Below are positions 38,548-51,156 of a DNA stretch of 64,000 nucleotides, piece by piece. Location: contig JBCNOA010000002.1 of assembly GCA_039594095.1 (NCBI GenBank), positions 5,253-69,252 of the forward strand. The letters run 5' to 3'. The position numbers and the translations under genes were made by a program. The notes under the pieces were generated by a model. That model saw only the letters and a program-made list of their open reading frames with translations, did not search any database and was not told the origin of the DNA. The DNA is from Dyella sp. GTDB taxonomy: Bacteria; Pseudomonadota; Gammaproteobacteria; Xanthomonadales; Rhodanobacteraceae. The stretch's first letter is position 1; every line of letters begins with the position of its first letter.

Positions 38548-38559
38548 GTGGAATGGGGC

Positions 38560-39138
38560 TCAGGCCAGGTTCTTGGCCGCGAATTCCCAGTTCACCAGAT
38601 TCCAGAACGACTCGACGTATTTGGGACGAGCGTTGCGGTAGTCGATGTAGTAGGCGTGTTCCCACACGTCACAGGTCAGCAGCGGCTTGTCGCTGCCGGT
38701 GATCGGCGTGGCGGCGTTGGAGGTGTTCACGATGCCGAGCGAGCCGTCCGGGCGCTGCACCAGCCAGGTCCAGCCGGAGCCGAAGTTGCCAACCGCGGAC
38801 TTGGTGAATTCTTCCTTGAACTTCTCGAAGGAGCCGAACGCCTTGTTGATGGCGTCAGCCAGCTTGCCGGTCGGCTCTTTGCCACCCTTGGGGCTCAGGC
38901 AGTTCCAATAGAAGGTGTGGTTCCAGACCTGGGCGGCATTGTTGAAGACGCCCCCGGATGACTTCTTGATAATGTCCTCCAGCGGTGCGTTCTCGAACTC
39001 CGTGCCCTTGATCAGATTGTTGAGGTTGGTCACATAGGCCTGGTGGTGCTTGCCGTAGTGGTACTCCAGCGTCTCGGCGGAGATGTGGGGCTCGAGCGCG
39101 TTCTTTTCGTAGGGCAGGGGGGGGAGTTCGATCGCCAT
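38560..39138 (-). CDS. sodB: Iron superoxide dismutase
   Basis: HYGKHH, AAQVWNH (Fe type) and DVWEHAYY. Confidence 0.95.
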   Translation of the reverse strand: MAIELPPLPYEKNALEPHISAETLEYHYGKHHQAYVTNLNNLIKGTEFENAPLEDIIKKSSGGVFNNAAQVWNHTFYWNCLSPKGGKEPTGKLADAINKAFGSFEKFKEEFTKSAVGNFGSGWTWLVQRPDGSLGIVNTSNAATPITGSDKPLLTCDVWEHAYYIDYRNARPKYVESFWNLVNWEFAAKNLA

Positions 39139-39257
39139 GGTTGAGGCTCCTGGGCGGTTGGCTGAGGAAAGTCGAGACGGATGCCGTGGAACGGCGGGCC
39201 GCTGCGCGACTGATACACTACCGATCTCATCGCATTGTAATGATGAATTGCCGAGCT

Positions 39258-39584
39258 ATGGACGTTAACGAGCGAATCAAGGCCGCCTTGGCCGAACACC
39301 CCATCGTGCTCTTCATGAAGGGGACGCCGCAGTTCCCGATGTGCGGTTTCTCCAGCCGCGCGGCGCAGGCGCTGAAGGAAGCAGGGGCGGATTTCCATGC
39401 CGTGAACGTCCTGGCCGATGCGGAAGTGCGCGCGGCTCTGCCTCACTACGCCAACTGGCCGACTTTCCCTCAGCTGTTCATCCAGGGGGAGCTGATCGGC
39501 GGCTGCGACATCGTGGAGGATCTCAAAGCTTCCGGGGAGCTGGCGCGCATGGTGTTGGATGTGAGCGGAGCGCCCCAGGCATGA
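39258..39584 (+). CDS. grxD: Monothiol glutaredoxin Grx4
   Basis: CGFS, WPTFPQ and GGCD. Confidence 0.95.
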   Translation: MDVNERIKAALAEHPIVLFMKGTPQFPMCGFSSRAAQALKEAGADFHAVNVLADAEVRAALPHYANWPTFPQLFIQGELIGGCDIVEDLKASGELARMVLDVSGAPQA

Positions 39585-40348
39585 CGCTGGCGAGTAGTCG
39601 TCTCCCTCAGGGCTGGGCGCCGCAACCCGACTCGCTTGCCGGGCGTGTGATCCTGGTCACCGGCGCCTATGGCGGGCTGGGCGCCGCCGTGGCTCGCGCT
39701 GCCGCGCGCGCCGGCGCCACGGTGGTGATCACCGGCCGGCGCAAGCGTCAGCTGGAGCAGCTTTACGACGCGATGCTCGCCGAGCAGTTGCCGGAGCCGG
39801 TGATCCATCCGCTGGATATGGAGGCAGCCACGCCCAACGACTACCAGGCGGTGGCCGATGGACTCGCGCGCGACTTCGGCCGTCTGGATGGCATCGTCCA
39901 TGCGGCCGCGAGCTTCGATGGGCTCACGCCGATCGCCATGCACAAGCCTGACGAGTGGTTGCGCGCCCTGCACGTGAACGTGTCGGCGCCGTTCGCGCTC
40001 ACACAGGCCTGCATGCCCTTGCTCACCGCCGCGCCAGATAGCGCGGTGGTATTTGTGCTGGACAATCCGGAGCTGGTGAGCAAGGCACACTGGGGCGCGT
40101 ACGGTGTCTCGAAGGCGGCGCTGGAACGTCTGGTCGAAATTCTGCACCAGGAAACCGATACCACGTCGTTGCGCGCTCATGCGTTGCTGCCTGCGCCGAT
40201 GCGCACTGCGCTGCGCCGCCAGGCCTACTTCGGCGAGGACACCAGCAAGCTCCCTCTGCCGGAAGCGGCGGCGGAAGCGGCCGTCTATCTGCTAGGGCTG
40301 CAGGGCGCGTCCGCGCGGGGCACCACGCTCGACCTACGCGAGACCTGA
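39581..40348 (+). CDS. SDR family oxidoreductase (YciK-like)
   Basis: VTGAYGGLG and WGAYGVSK (YxxxK). Confidence 0.85.
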   Translation: MTLASSRLPQGWAPQPDSLAGRVILVTGAYGGLGAAVARAAARAGATVVITGRRKRQLEQLYDAMLAEQLPEPVIHPLDMEAATPNDYQAVADGLARDFGRLDGIVHAAASFDGLTPIAMHKPDEWLRALHVNVSAPFALTQACMPLLTAAPDSAVVFVLDNPELVSKAHWGAYGVSKAALERLVEILHQETDTTSLRAHALLPAPMRTALRRQAYFGEDTSKLPLPEAAAEAAVYLLGLQGASARGTTLDLRET

Positions 40349-40391
40349 GTGGTGTTCACCTCGTTATCCGCAGCCGGATCGGAGGCCTGAG

Positions 40392-41003
40392 ATGGAAACG
40401 CAGATGACCACCTTGTCGGCGGCGATCTTGCTGTTCCTGATCATGGATCCGCTGGGCAACATCCCGATCTTCCTCAGTCTGCTCAAGGACGTGGCGCCCA
40501 AGCGGCGGCGCTACGTGATGGTGCGCGAGCTGCTGATCGCGTTGGGCGTGCTGCTGGGGTTTCTGGTCGGCGGTCAGCACATTCTCAAGCTCCTGCAGTT
40601 GAGGCAGGAATCGATCAGCATCGCCGGCGGCATCGTGCTGTTCCTGATCGGCATCCGCATGGTGTTTCCGCCGGCGGACGGCGGCGGGATTTTCGGGAAG
40701 GCCGGGGAGGGCGAGCCTTTCATCGTGCCGATGGCGATTCCCGGCGTGGCCGGCCCGTCGGCCATGGCCGCGCTGCTGCTGCTCACCAATACCCAGCCCG
40801 GCCGCACCGCGGACTGGGCGATCGCGCTGCTCGGCGCCTGGTTGGCGACCGCGGTGATTCTCTTGTGTTCCACCTACCTGTTCCGCTGGCTGGGCGAGAG
40901 CGTGCTGACTGCCCTGGAGCGGGTGATGGGCATGCTGCTCATCGCGCTATCCGTGCAGATGTTCCTGGGCGGAGTGGCAGCGTATTTGCATCTGGCCGTT
41001 TGA
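40392..41003 (+). CDS. MarC/YhgN family membrane protein
   Basis: MDPLGNIP, IAGGIVLF and PMAIPGVAGP. Confidence 0.88.
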   Translation: METQMTTLSAAILLFLIMDPLGNIPIFLSLLKDVAPKRRRYVMVRELLIALGVLLGFLVGGQHILKLLQLRQESISIAGGIVLFLIGIRMVFPPADGGGIFGKAGEGEPFIVPMAIPGVAGPSAMAALLLLTNTQPGRTADWAIALLGAWLATAVILLCSTYLFRWLGESVLTALERVMGMLLIALSVQMFLGGVAAYLHLAV

Positions 41004-41095
41004 AACGGCTCCAGGCGAAAAGGGGTTGCCCTGATGGGATCACCTTGCTGTCATAATCGGCGGCGAGCATGGGCGAAGTCGTTAAGGAGACGATC

Positions 41096-42808
41096 ATGCT
41101 AAGCGTCGAACAGACCCTCATCGAACGTCTGCCATGGCTGGCACAGCACCCTCATCTGAGGCGCTCGGTCGCCGGGGTGCTTGGCCGTCTCGCCGATGAG
41201 GACGGCTTCAACCGCGTCCTCGAAAAACTCAGGGACTCCGAAGGTTTCGATTTCGTCGAGCGGTCGCTGGACGTGCTCGGCGCCAACTATTACGTCAACC
41301 CGCGCGAACGGGAAAACATCCCCGTCGAGGGCGGTGTGCTGGTGGTGGCCAACCATCCCCTGGGCATGGTCGATGCGCTGACGCTGCTGCATCTGGTCGG
41401 CTCGGTGCGCAGCGACGTCAAGATACTCGGCAACGACTGGCTGGCTTCCATTCCGCAGCTCAGCCGCCTCCTGCTGCAGGTGGACGTTTTCGGCAAGGGT
41501 GCCGGCACACGCATGCGCGACATCTATCGCGCGCTGGAGCGCGGCGAAGCCCTGATCGTGTTTCCTGCCGGCGAGGTTTCCCGCATGGGACCCGGCGGCG
41601 TGCGGGACGGTCGCTGGTCCGACGGTTTCGCCAGGCTCGCGCTGCGCAGCAAGACGCCCGTGTTGCCGATCCATGTGGCGGCGCGCAACTCCGCGATGTT
41701 CTATGGCCTTTCCATGTTGGCCAAGCCGCTGAGCACTGCCATGCTGCCGCGCGAAGCCGTGGCGCCGATCAAGCGTCGCATCAACTTCAGCGTGGGTGCG
41801 TTGGTAGGCGTGGACGAACTGGAACAGCGCAGCGGCGGTTCGGCGCAGCGCGCTGCGAAACTGATGCGACGTCACGTGTATCGCATCGGTCGCCATCGTG
41901 GCCTGATCTTCGGTGGCCAGTCGCCCATCGCCCATCCCGAATCCGCCGACCGCGTCGTGGCCGATCTCGCCGCGCGAGCGGAGAAGCTGGCCGATCTCAA
42001 TGACGGCAAGCAGGTGCTGTTGCTGCAGGGAGCGACCGATAGCGCGGCATTGCGGGAAATCGGCCGTCTGCGCGAGCTGACCTTCCGCAAAGTGGGAGAG
42101 GGTACCGGTTCGCGGCGCGACCTCGACGCCTACGATCCGCACTACGAGCATCTCGTGCTGTGGGATCCCAAGGCATTGCGCATCGTCGGCTCGTACCGCT
42201 TCGGCCATGGTGGGCGAATCATCGGCGAGCGAGGCATGGCGGGCCTGTATACCTCCAGCCTGTTCAATTACTCGCCGGCGCTGGAATCGCGCCTGGCACA
42301 GGGGCTGGAGCTGGGACGCAGCTTCATCGCGCCGGCGTACTGGCGCTCCCGCGCGCTCGATCAGCTCTGGCAGGGCATTGGCCTTTATCTGCAGCGCCAC
42401 CCGGAACTGCGCTACCTGTTTGGGCCGGTAAGCATGTCGGTCAGCCTCCCGCGCGAGGCGCGCGAATGGATTGCCGCAGCCCATCAGCATTATTTCGGCG
42501 CGCCTGGACTTGCGGCTGCGCGCCAGCCCTTCGTGATTTCACCGGCGGTGATCGACATGGTCCGCGCCGCGCTGGAGGGACTGGATCCTGCCGCCGGCCT
42601 CGGCAAGCTCAAGCATCACCTGGATGCCTTGGGCGTCAGCCTGCCCGTGCTCTATCGCCAGTACGTGGATCTGGTGGAGCCGGAAGGTGTGCAGTTCCTC
42701 GACTTCGGCGAAGACCCGGGCTTTTCTGGGTGTGTCGATGGTCTGGTAATGCTCGATTTGTCCACGCTCAAGCCCGCAAAGCGTGCGCGTTACCTCGGAA
42801 AATCCTAG
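41096..42808 (+). CDS. Bifunctional acyltransferase (PlsC-like plus GNAT), OlsF-like ornithine lipid synthase
   Basis: NHPLGMVD (HxxxxD) and FPAGEV in the N-terminal domain; EIGRLRELTFR...DLDAYD and LELGRSF in the C-terminal domain; AAGGAG ribosome-binding site. Confidence 0.75.
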   Translation: MLSVEQTLIERLPWLAQHPHLRRSVAGVLGRLADEDGFNRVLEKLRDSEGFDFVERSLDVLGANYYVNPRERENIPVEGGVLVVANHPLGMVDALTLLHLVGSVRSDVKILGNDWLASIPQLSRLLLQVDVFGKGAGTRMRDIYRALERGEALIVFPAGEVSRMGPGGVRDGRWSDGFARLALRSKTPVLPIHVAARNSAMFYGLSMLAKPLSTAMLPREAVAPIKRRINFSVGALVGVDELEQRSGGSAQRAAKLMRRHVYRIGRHRGLIFGGQSPIAHPESADRVVADLAARAEKLADLNDGKQVLLLQGATDSAALREIGRLRELTFRKVGEGTGSRRDLDAYDPHYEHLVLWDPKALRIVGSYRFGHGGRIIGERGMAGLYTSSLFNYSPALESRLAQGLELGRSFIAPAYWRSRALDQLWQGIGLYLQRHPELRYLFGPVSMSVSLPREAREWIAAAHQHYFGAPGLAAARQPFVISPAVIDMVRAALEGLDPAAGLGKLKHHLDALGVSLPVLYRQYVDLVEPEGVQFLDFGEDPGFSGCVDGLVMLDLSTLKPAKRARYLGKS

Positions 42809-43224
42809 GGAAATTTCTTATCCCTTGTCGCCAGGCAGGCTGGTAGCCTGCCTTAAGCTTTCGTTGTGATGCCTGGATTTCCGGCGGGCGGTCCAGGACG
42901 CAAAGCGCGGTGGTGGCTTTCGTACCTCCTTCCACAAGTGGCTGTTTTGACGCCACTTGAGCGGTGCGCCAGTGCAGTGGTATGGGCGGGTACGAGATAA
43001 AAAGTACGTGAATCCGTTACATAAGTGTCATAGAATGTCGTTAAAGTCCGCTTAACACTTTGTTGGCAGGCGGGGCGGTCTCGCCGCAAGAAAGCTCGGA
43101 CAGCAAGAACATTCCGGGGAAACCAATCTGCTTCGAAAGATCTTGCCTGGCTAGAGCCGGGCATCGGCATTTTTGGTTTCCGCCTCGCTTATTTTTACGT
43201 TGCGCGCCCAAGGGGTTAATCACA

Positions 43225-46200
43225 GTGAATAGCCGAATTCGTGCCAAGGTCCTGCCGTTTGCCATCGCGTCGCTGCTTGCGATGTCGGTGCCGGCCATCG
43301 CCCAGGACACCTCCTCTTCCATCAGCGGCCGGGTACTCGATGCCAGCGGCCAGCCCGTATCCGGTGCCACCGTGCAGATCGTGCACGAGCCGTCGGGCAC
43401 CACCAAGACGACCACCACCGACTCCAACGGCCGTTACGCCGCGCAGGGTCTGCGCGTGGGCGGTCCGTTCGATGTGAAGGTGAGCAAGGACGGCCAGACG
43501 ACCGAGCAGGACAACGTGTATCTGCAGCTGTCGCAGGACACCGCGGTGAACCTCACCGTCGGCGCCGCCGCTGCCGCCAAGAACCTCGAAGGCGTGACGG
43601 TCTCCGCGACCGCCGGTTCGCAGTTGTTCACTTCGGAGAACAAGGGTCTGTCGACCAATGTGTCGCAGCGTCAGCTGAAGATGACTCCGGCGCCGAGCGG
43701 CAACATCGCCGACATCGCCCGCCTCGATCCGCGTGTGAACGTGGACCACGTGACGGGCGCGATTTCGGCCAACGGCCAGAACGCCCGCCTCAACAGCATC
43801 AAGGTCGACGGTCTGGGCGTGGGCGACCCCTTCGGCCTGAACGGCAGTGGCCTGCCGACCGTCGGTTCGCCGATCGCGATGGACACCATCGAGGAATACT
43901 CGATCTCCACCGCTAACTACGATGTGACTTCCGACTCGGTGGGTGCGGAAATCAATGCCGTCACCAAGAGCGGTACCAACGACTTCCACGGTTCGGTGTA
44001 CTACACGTACAAGAACACCGACGACATGGTGGGCAAGGCTGGCTGGCTGAAGACCAACCGCGACTACACCGAGTTCGACACCAACTGGAAGGCGGGTGCG
44101 ACCTTCGGTGGCCCGATCATCAAGGACAAGCTGTTCTTCTTCGCCAGCTACGAGAAGGAAAAGGTCACCGGCCTGAGCTCGGGCGCCGCCAACGGCCTCG
44201 ACAGCACGCTGACCGGCGGCTCCACCGGCAACAAGATTTCGCCCAGCGATCTGGCTCGCATTACCAATGCGGCGACGGGTCTGGGCCTCGTGCCGGGCAG
44301 CCTCGGCGCCAATGCCGGCTCGCTGGACGATAAGCGCTACCAGGCCAAGCTGGACTGGAACATCACGGATCACCACCGCGCCAGCTTCGCCTACCAGCGC
44401 ACCAAGGAGTTCAAGCCGAATCCGCAGGGCAACAACGCCACCTCGATCGGTCTGAGCAGCTACTGGTACAACGTCGCCACCGACAACAAGAACTATACGC
44501 TGCAGTTCTTCGATGACTGGACCGATATCTTCTCGTCCGAGACGAAGATCGCTTATAGCGACTTCGATCTGCACCGAACGGTTTCCAATCAGCAGCCGCA
44601 GATCACGGTGCGTGCCAGCAATACCAACAGCACGACCGCGCCGACCGTCAATCTGGGTGAAGATCAGTTCAGCCACTACAACTCGGCCAAGGTCAAGAAC
44701 CTGAGCGCGTTCTGGGCGGGCACGCTGTATCTGGGCGACCACACGGTGAAGGGCGGTTTCGACTACAGCCGCAATCGCATCTACAACCTGTTCGGCCGCA
44801 CGGAGTTTGGCGCCTACACCTTCAATAGCATTCCCGGATTCCAGCAGGGGCTGTATTCCAGCTATAGCCTGTACCAGCCGGCGCCGGGCTACGACATCAA
44901 CGGCATCGCGGCCAAGTGGGAGCTGCGTGAGCGCGACGTGTTCCTGCAGGACACCTGGCAGGTCAACAACAACCTGTCCGTGCAGTACGGCTTCCGCGTC
45001 AATCACTACATGACTGACGACAAGCCGCTGTACAACGCCACGTTCGAGCAGCGTTTCGGCTTCAGCAACGCCGGCACCATCAATGGCAGCACTCTGGTGC
45101 AGCCGCGCTTGTCGTTCAACTACACCTTCGATACCGAGCTGAAGACCCAGCTGCGCGGCGGTGTGGGCCTGTTCCAGTCCAGCCCGCCGACCGTGTGGAT
45201 GACGAACCCGTACCAGAACAACGGTATCAACATCGTCACCTACCAGTACGATCGCCAGGCCGACGGCGTGACCTGTAAGTTTGGCACCACGTTCCTTCCC
45301 TGCCCGGCGTTCAGTGCGAACCCGCTCAAGCAGAACACCTCCGGCCCGGGCACCAAGCCGCAGATGGCCGTGGACACGATCGATCCGAACTTCCAGCTGC
45401 CGAGCGTGTGGAAGGCTTCGCTGGCGATCGACCGAGAGCTGCCGTTCTGGGGTGTGATCGCTACGGCGGAATATCAGCGCCTGGAAACGCGTGACGGCAT
45501 CCTCTACAAGAACCTCAACATCGGTGCGCCTTCGGGCGTGCTGCCGGATGGCCGCTTCACGTACTACGGTTGCATCGGTGGCGCTCAGTCGCTGGGTGGC
45601 GCCACGGGTGCCACCAACTGCGCGACCAATCCCAACGGCGCCGCGAGTGTCGGTAACAACAACAACAATTCGCGCATCCGTGCCGATGGCCGCTTCGCCC
45701 AGGGTGTGACTTACCTGACCAACACCAACAAGGGCAAGGCGGAATCGCTGACCCTGTCGCTGAGCAAGCCGTTCTCCGACAGCTGGGCGGCCAGCCTTAG
45801 CGTCACTGGCTCGCACGCTACCGAGGTGAACCCGGGCACCTCCAGCCAGGCTACTTCGAACTTCAGCAACAACGCCTGGTACAACCCGAACGAAGACATC
45901 GCCTCGACCTCGAACACCAACGTGCCGCTGCGCGTGAATGCTTCGGTCGCTTGGTCGCACAACTTCTTCGGCAATTACGCCACGACCGTCAGCCTGTTCT
46001 ACGACGGCCATAAGGGCGTGCCGTATAGCTGGGTGTTCGGCAACGATGCCAATGGCGATTCCTATCGCAGCGACCTGGTCTACATCCCGCGTCCGGGCGA
46101 GGTGATCATCAGCGCTCCGACGGCTGCGCAGGCTGCCAAGCTGGAGCAGCAGTTCTATGCGTTCATCGACAGCGATGACTACCTGCACGATCATCAGGGC

Positions 46201-46575
46201 AAGGTGGCTCGCCGCAATGGCGCCAAGTCCGCCTGGGTCAACCAGCTCGACCTGAGCTTCAGCCAGGAAGTGCCGGGCATCTTCAAGGGCAACAAGGGCG
46301 AGATCCGACTGGACATCTACAACGTCCTGAACCTGGTCAACGACAAGTGGGGCCAGCAGAACTACGTCGGCTTCCCCTACATGCGCACGCTGGCCAATTA
46401 CGGTGGTGTGGATCCGAAGACGGGCAAGTACATCTACAGCCTGCCGACGGACGCCAATGGCAACTACCAGCCTGGCCCGAAGACCGTCTACGACAGCTCC
46501 ACCGACAACAGTGCGACCAAGGTCAACCCGGCCTCGCGTTGGTCCGCCATGCTCAGCCTGCGTTACACGTTCTAA
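43225..46575 (+). CDS. Oar-like TonB-dependent receptor with N-terminal carboxypeptidase-regulatory-like domain
   Basis: Signal peptide, ISGRVLD...GATV...GLRVGGP, INAVTKSGTNDFHG and C-terminal LRYTF; GTG start inferred. Confidence 0.9.
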   Translation: MNSRIRAKVLPFAIASLLAMSVPAIAQDTSSSISGRVLDASGQPVSGATVQIVHEPSGTTKTTTTDSNGRYAAQGLRVGGPFDVKVSKDGQTTEQDNVYLQLSQDTAVNLTVGAAAAAKNLEGVTVSATAGSQLFTSENKGLSTNVSQRQLKMTPAPSGNIADIARLDPRVNVDHVTGAISANGQNARLNSIKVDGLGVGDPFGLNGSGLPTVGSPIAMDTIEEYSISTANYDVTSDSVGAEINAVTKSGTNDFHGSVYYTYKNTDDMVGKAGWLKTNRDYTEFDTNWKAGATFGGPIIKDKLFFFASYEKEKVTGLSSGAANGLDSTLTGGSTGNKISPSDLARITNAATGLGLVPGSLGANAGSLDDKRYQAKLDWNITDHHRASFAYQRTKEFKPNPQGNNATSIGLSSYWYNVATDNKNYTLQFFDDWTDIFSSETKIAYSDFDLHRTVSNQQPQITVRASNTNSTTAPTVNLGEDQFSHYNSAKVKNLSAFWAGTLYLGDHTVKGGFDYSRNRIYNLFGRTEFGAYTFNSIPGFQQGLYSSYSLYQPAPGYDINGIAAKWELRERDVFLQDTWQVNNNLSVQYGFRVNHYMTDDKPLYNATFEQRFGFSNAGTINGSTLVQPRLSFNYTFDTELKTQLRGGVGLFQSSPPTVWMTNPYQNNGINIVTYQYDRQADGVTCKFGTTFLPCPAFSANPLKQNTSGPGTKPQMAVDTIDPNFQLPSVWKASLAIDRELPFWGVIATAEYQRLETRDGILYKNLNIGAPSGVLPDGRFTYYGCIGGAQSLGGATGATNCATNPNGAASVGNNNNNSRIRADGRFAQGVTYLTNTNKGKAESLTLSLSKPFSDSWAASLSVTGSHATEVNPGTSSQATSNFSNNAWYNPNEDIASTSNTNVPLRVNASVAWSHNFFGNYATTVSLFYDGHKGVPYSWVFGNDANGDSYRSDLVYIPRPGEVIISAPTAAQAAKLEQQFYAFIDSDDYLHDHQGKVARRNGAKSAWVNQLDLSFSQEVPGIFKGNKGEIRLDIYNVLNLVNDKWGQQNYVGFPYMRTLANYGGVDPKTGKYIYSLPTDANGNYQPGPKTVYDSSTDNSATKVNPASRWSAMLSLRYTF

Positions 46576-46597
46576 TCCAGGCTGTCTTGTCTGAAGG

Positions 46598-46627
46598 AAA
46601 CCGGCGCCCTCGGGCGCCGGTTTTTTT
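46598..46627 (+). terminator. Intrinsic terminator
   Basis: AAACCGGCGCCC-tc-GGGCGCCGG followed by T7. Confidence 0.85.
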
Positions 46628-46727
46628 ATGGGGGGAGGTTGACCGGCCCGGTTCTCCGGGGCGAAGCTACTCGGCCGCCTTTGCTTGGGCGGCGTTTTGC
46701 CGCCATGCCGCGGCCGAAGGAGATTCG

Positions 46728-48128
46728 ATGAATGCTGTTCCGTCCGGCAAGGCCGGCAAGCAGGCCACCGTCAGCGCGCGCATCTCGCCCGCCGGCGGCC
46801 TGGATATCCTGTCCCGCAACGAGGTGGCGCGCCTGCGCGACGCCAGTGGGTCGGGCATGCATGCGCTGTTGCGCCGCTGCGCGCTGGCGGTGCTGACCTC
46901 GGGCAACGTCACGGACGACCCGCGCTCGATGTTCGAGCAGTTCCCCGATTTCGATATCCAGGTGCTGCAGCAGGACCGCGGTATCAAGATCGAGCTGCAA
47001 AATGCGCCTCCGCAGGCGTTCGTGGATGGTCAGATCATCCGCGGTATCAATGAGTTGCTGGTCGCCGTGGTACGCGACATCGTGTACGTGTCGACGCAGC
47101 TGGAGCAGGGCGGCTTCGATCTGGACGACTCGGTGGGCATCACCCACGCCGTGTTCGAGATCCTGCGCAACGCGCGCATCCTCAAGCCGCAGATCGATCC
47201 CAACCTGGTGGTCTGTTGGGGCGGTCACTCCATTTCGCGCGACGAGTACGAGTACACCAAGCAGGTGGGTTACCAGCTGGGTCTGCGTGGGATGGACATC
47301 TGCACGGGCTGCGGCCCGGGCGCCATGAAGGGCCCCATGAAGGGCGCCACCATCGCTCACGCCAAGCAGCGCCGACGCAACAACCGCTACATCGGCGTGA
47401 CCGAGCCGGGCATTATCGCCGCCGAGTCGCCGAATCCGATCGTGAATCACCTGGTGATCATGCCGGACATCGAGAAGCGCCTGGAGGCCTTCGTCCGTAT
47501 CGGTCACGGCATCATCGTGTTCCCGGGCGGCGTGGGTACGGCGGAGGAAATTCTCTATCTGCTGGGCATCCTGTTGCACCCGGACAACGCGGGCATTCCG
47601 TTCCCGCTGGTGTTCACCGGGCCGCGCCAGTCCGCCGCTTACTTCGAGCAGATCGACCGCTTCTTGCGCCTGACGCTCGGCGACAGCGTGGCGCAGCATT
47701 ACCAGATCATCGTCGATGACCCCACAGCCGTGGCGCACGCTATGGCGAAGGGTATCGACAAGGTGCGCAATCATCGCCTGGACAACAAGGACGCATTCTT
47801 CTTCAACTGGGCGCTGAGCATTCCGTTCCCGTTCCAGATTCCGTTCCGCCCAACGCATGAGGCCATGCACGGGCTGGCCATTCATCGCGAGCGTCCGCGG
47901 CATGAATTGGCTGCCGATCTGCGGCGTGCGTTCTCGGGCATCGTGGCGGGCAACGTGAAGGAAGAGGGCGTGCGTGCCATCGAGCAGTACGGGCCATTCG
48001 ATATCGATGGCGAGCACGACATCATGCGTGCCCTGGACGAGCTGCTGCAGGCCTTCGTCGTGCAGCACCGCATGAAGCTGCCCGGAGGCGCCGCCTACGA
48101 GCCGTGCTATCGCGTCCGCACGGGTTGA
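46728..48128 (+). CDS. ppnN: Nucleotide 5'-monophosphate nucleosidase (YgdH/PpnN, LOG family)
   Basis: VCWGGHSI, TGCGPGAMKGPMKG and PGGVGTAEE. Confidence 0.93.
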   Translation: MNAVPSGKAGKQATVSARISPAGGLDILSRNEVARLRDASGSGMHALLRRCALAVLTSGNVTDDPRSMFEQFPDFDIQVLQQDRGIKIELQNAPPQAFVDGQIIRGINELLVAVVRDIVYVSTQLEQGGFDLDDSVGITHAVFEILRNARILKPQIDPNLVVCWGGHSISRDEYEYTKQVGYQLGLRGMDICTGCGPGAMKGPMKGATIAHAKQRRRNNRYIGVTEPGIIAAESPNPIVNHLVIMPDIEKRLEAFVRIGHGIIVFPGGVGTAEEILYLLGILLHPDNAGIPFPLVFTGPRQSAAYFEQIDRFLRLTLGDSVAQHYQIIVDDPTAVAHAMAKGIDKVRNHRLDNKDAFFFNWALSIPFPFQIPFRPTHEAMHGLAIHRERPRHELAADLRRAFSGIVAGNVKEEGVRAIEQYGPFDIDGEHDIMRALDELLQAFVVQHRMKLPGGAAYEPCYRVRTG

Positions 48129-48201
48129 TCGTCCGGCTCCTCATCCGGGCAACGAGGCTTGACAGCCCGTGGAACGGACTTCAAACTACGCGACTCACCC
48201 C

Positions 48202-48278
48202 GCCCGATTAGCTCAGCCGGTTAGAGCACTTGACTGTTAATCAGGGGGTCGTTGGTTCGAGTCCAACATCGGGCGCCA
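48202..48278 (+). tRNA. tRNA-Asn(GTT)
   Basis: GCCCGAT/ATCGGGC acceptor stem, CT-GTT-AA loop, GGTTCGAGTCC and CCA; TTGACA-N17-CAAACT upstream. Confidence 0.97.
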
Positions 48279-48287
48279 TCTTCCGAC

Positions 48288-48321
48288 AAGGCTCCGCAGC
48301 GATGCGGGGCCTTGTTTTTTT
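48288..48321. terminator. Terminator after tRNA-Asn
   Basis: AAGGCTCCGCA-gcga-TGCGGGGCCTT followed by a T run. Confidence 0.8.
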
Positions 48322-48357
48322 GGCGTGTGACGAGGCCGCATCTGGCACCTCCGGCAG

Positions 48358-48906
48358 TCAGGCTTCTCCGCACTGAAGCGTCTCCGTTTCGGTCCCCTTG
48401 CCGCCGCGTATACGCCCTGCGTTCGAGACTTTGACGCTGAGCGTTCGCCCGTCGCCGTGCCGGCGGCAAATGAGGAGGGTCAGATTGCTGCCGCCGGCCG
48501 AGCCATCGGGTTGGAATTGCACGCTACGGCGGCCCTGAGTGCTGCGGATGTTCAATGCATGGGTGGGGTTGTCGCGACGAAGCTGGGGAGGGCCAACTAT
48601 CCGACCTTGCCTGTCGCCGCGAAAGCCAACCAGCCACCCGCTATCCCATGCGGCTTCGTCGCTGCACTGCCTGCCGTCATGGGTGGGACAGGCGACGGTG
48701 ACCCTGCCGGTCTGCGCGGCAAGCGACCTCGCGTGGTTGAGTACGTTGAGGAGCTCGGTTTGAGCCTGTCGAGTCTCGCTGGTGGCAACCGCGCGCCAGA
48801 GTGCGGGCAGGCCGATGCAGGCAAGTGTTGCGGCAATGACGGCGACGAGTAGTTGCTCGATCAAGGTCATGCCTCGGGGCAATGACGCGGGGAGGCGTGG
48901 AAACAA
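48358..48906 (-). CDS. fimT: FimT/GspH-family minor pilin
   Basis: RG|MTLIEQL prepilin site, ARSLA, CP...C...WDSGW and SNAGRIR; start uncertain. Confidence 0.8.
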   Translation of the reverse strand: MFPRLPASLPRGMTLIEQLLVAVIAATLACIGLPALWRAVATSETRQAQTELLNVLNHARSLAAQTGRVTVACPTHDGRQCSDEAAWDSGWLVGFRGDRQGRIVGPPQLRRDNPTHALNIRSTQGRRSVQFQPDGSAGGSNLTLLICRRHGDGRTLSVKVSNAGRIRGGKGTETETLQCGEA

Positions 48907-49057
48907 GCGCGGAGCTCCATCTAGGACCGCGTTTCATCCTAGGCAGGCGCCCGGGATCCGGCTGCCGGCTCTTTCGGGAAATCCCGTCCGCTTCTGCTGA
49001 CAGCCTATGTCAGCAGGGGCAATTTAAAATAGTCCGACGTGACCGCATGTGACTGCC

Positions 49058-51082
<2,025 letters not shown>

Positions 51083-51156
51083 CGCCGGCTGGGTGGTTGT
51101 GACGGGGAGTGGGCTCGTGTATGCTACGCGGCTCGCGCCATTCGATGGCGCGATTT

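Noticed and set aside
45655-45669. AAC trinucleotide repeat
   Set aside because: Encodes a short Asn run in a receptor loop; not an array.
43216-46194. 992-aa antisense ORF opposite the TonB-dependent receptor
   Set aside because: Shadow frame caused by high-GC codon bias; no recognisable motifs.
48202-48360. tRNA-Asn, tRNA-Val and tRNA-Pro as possible island integration sites
   Set aside because: No integrase and no duplicated tRNA 3' end seen; each is followed directly by a terminator and host-like genes.
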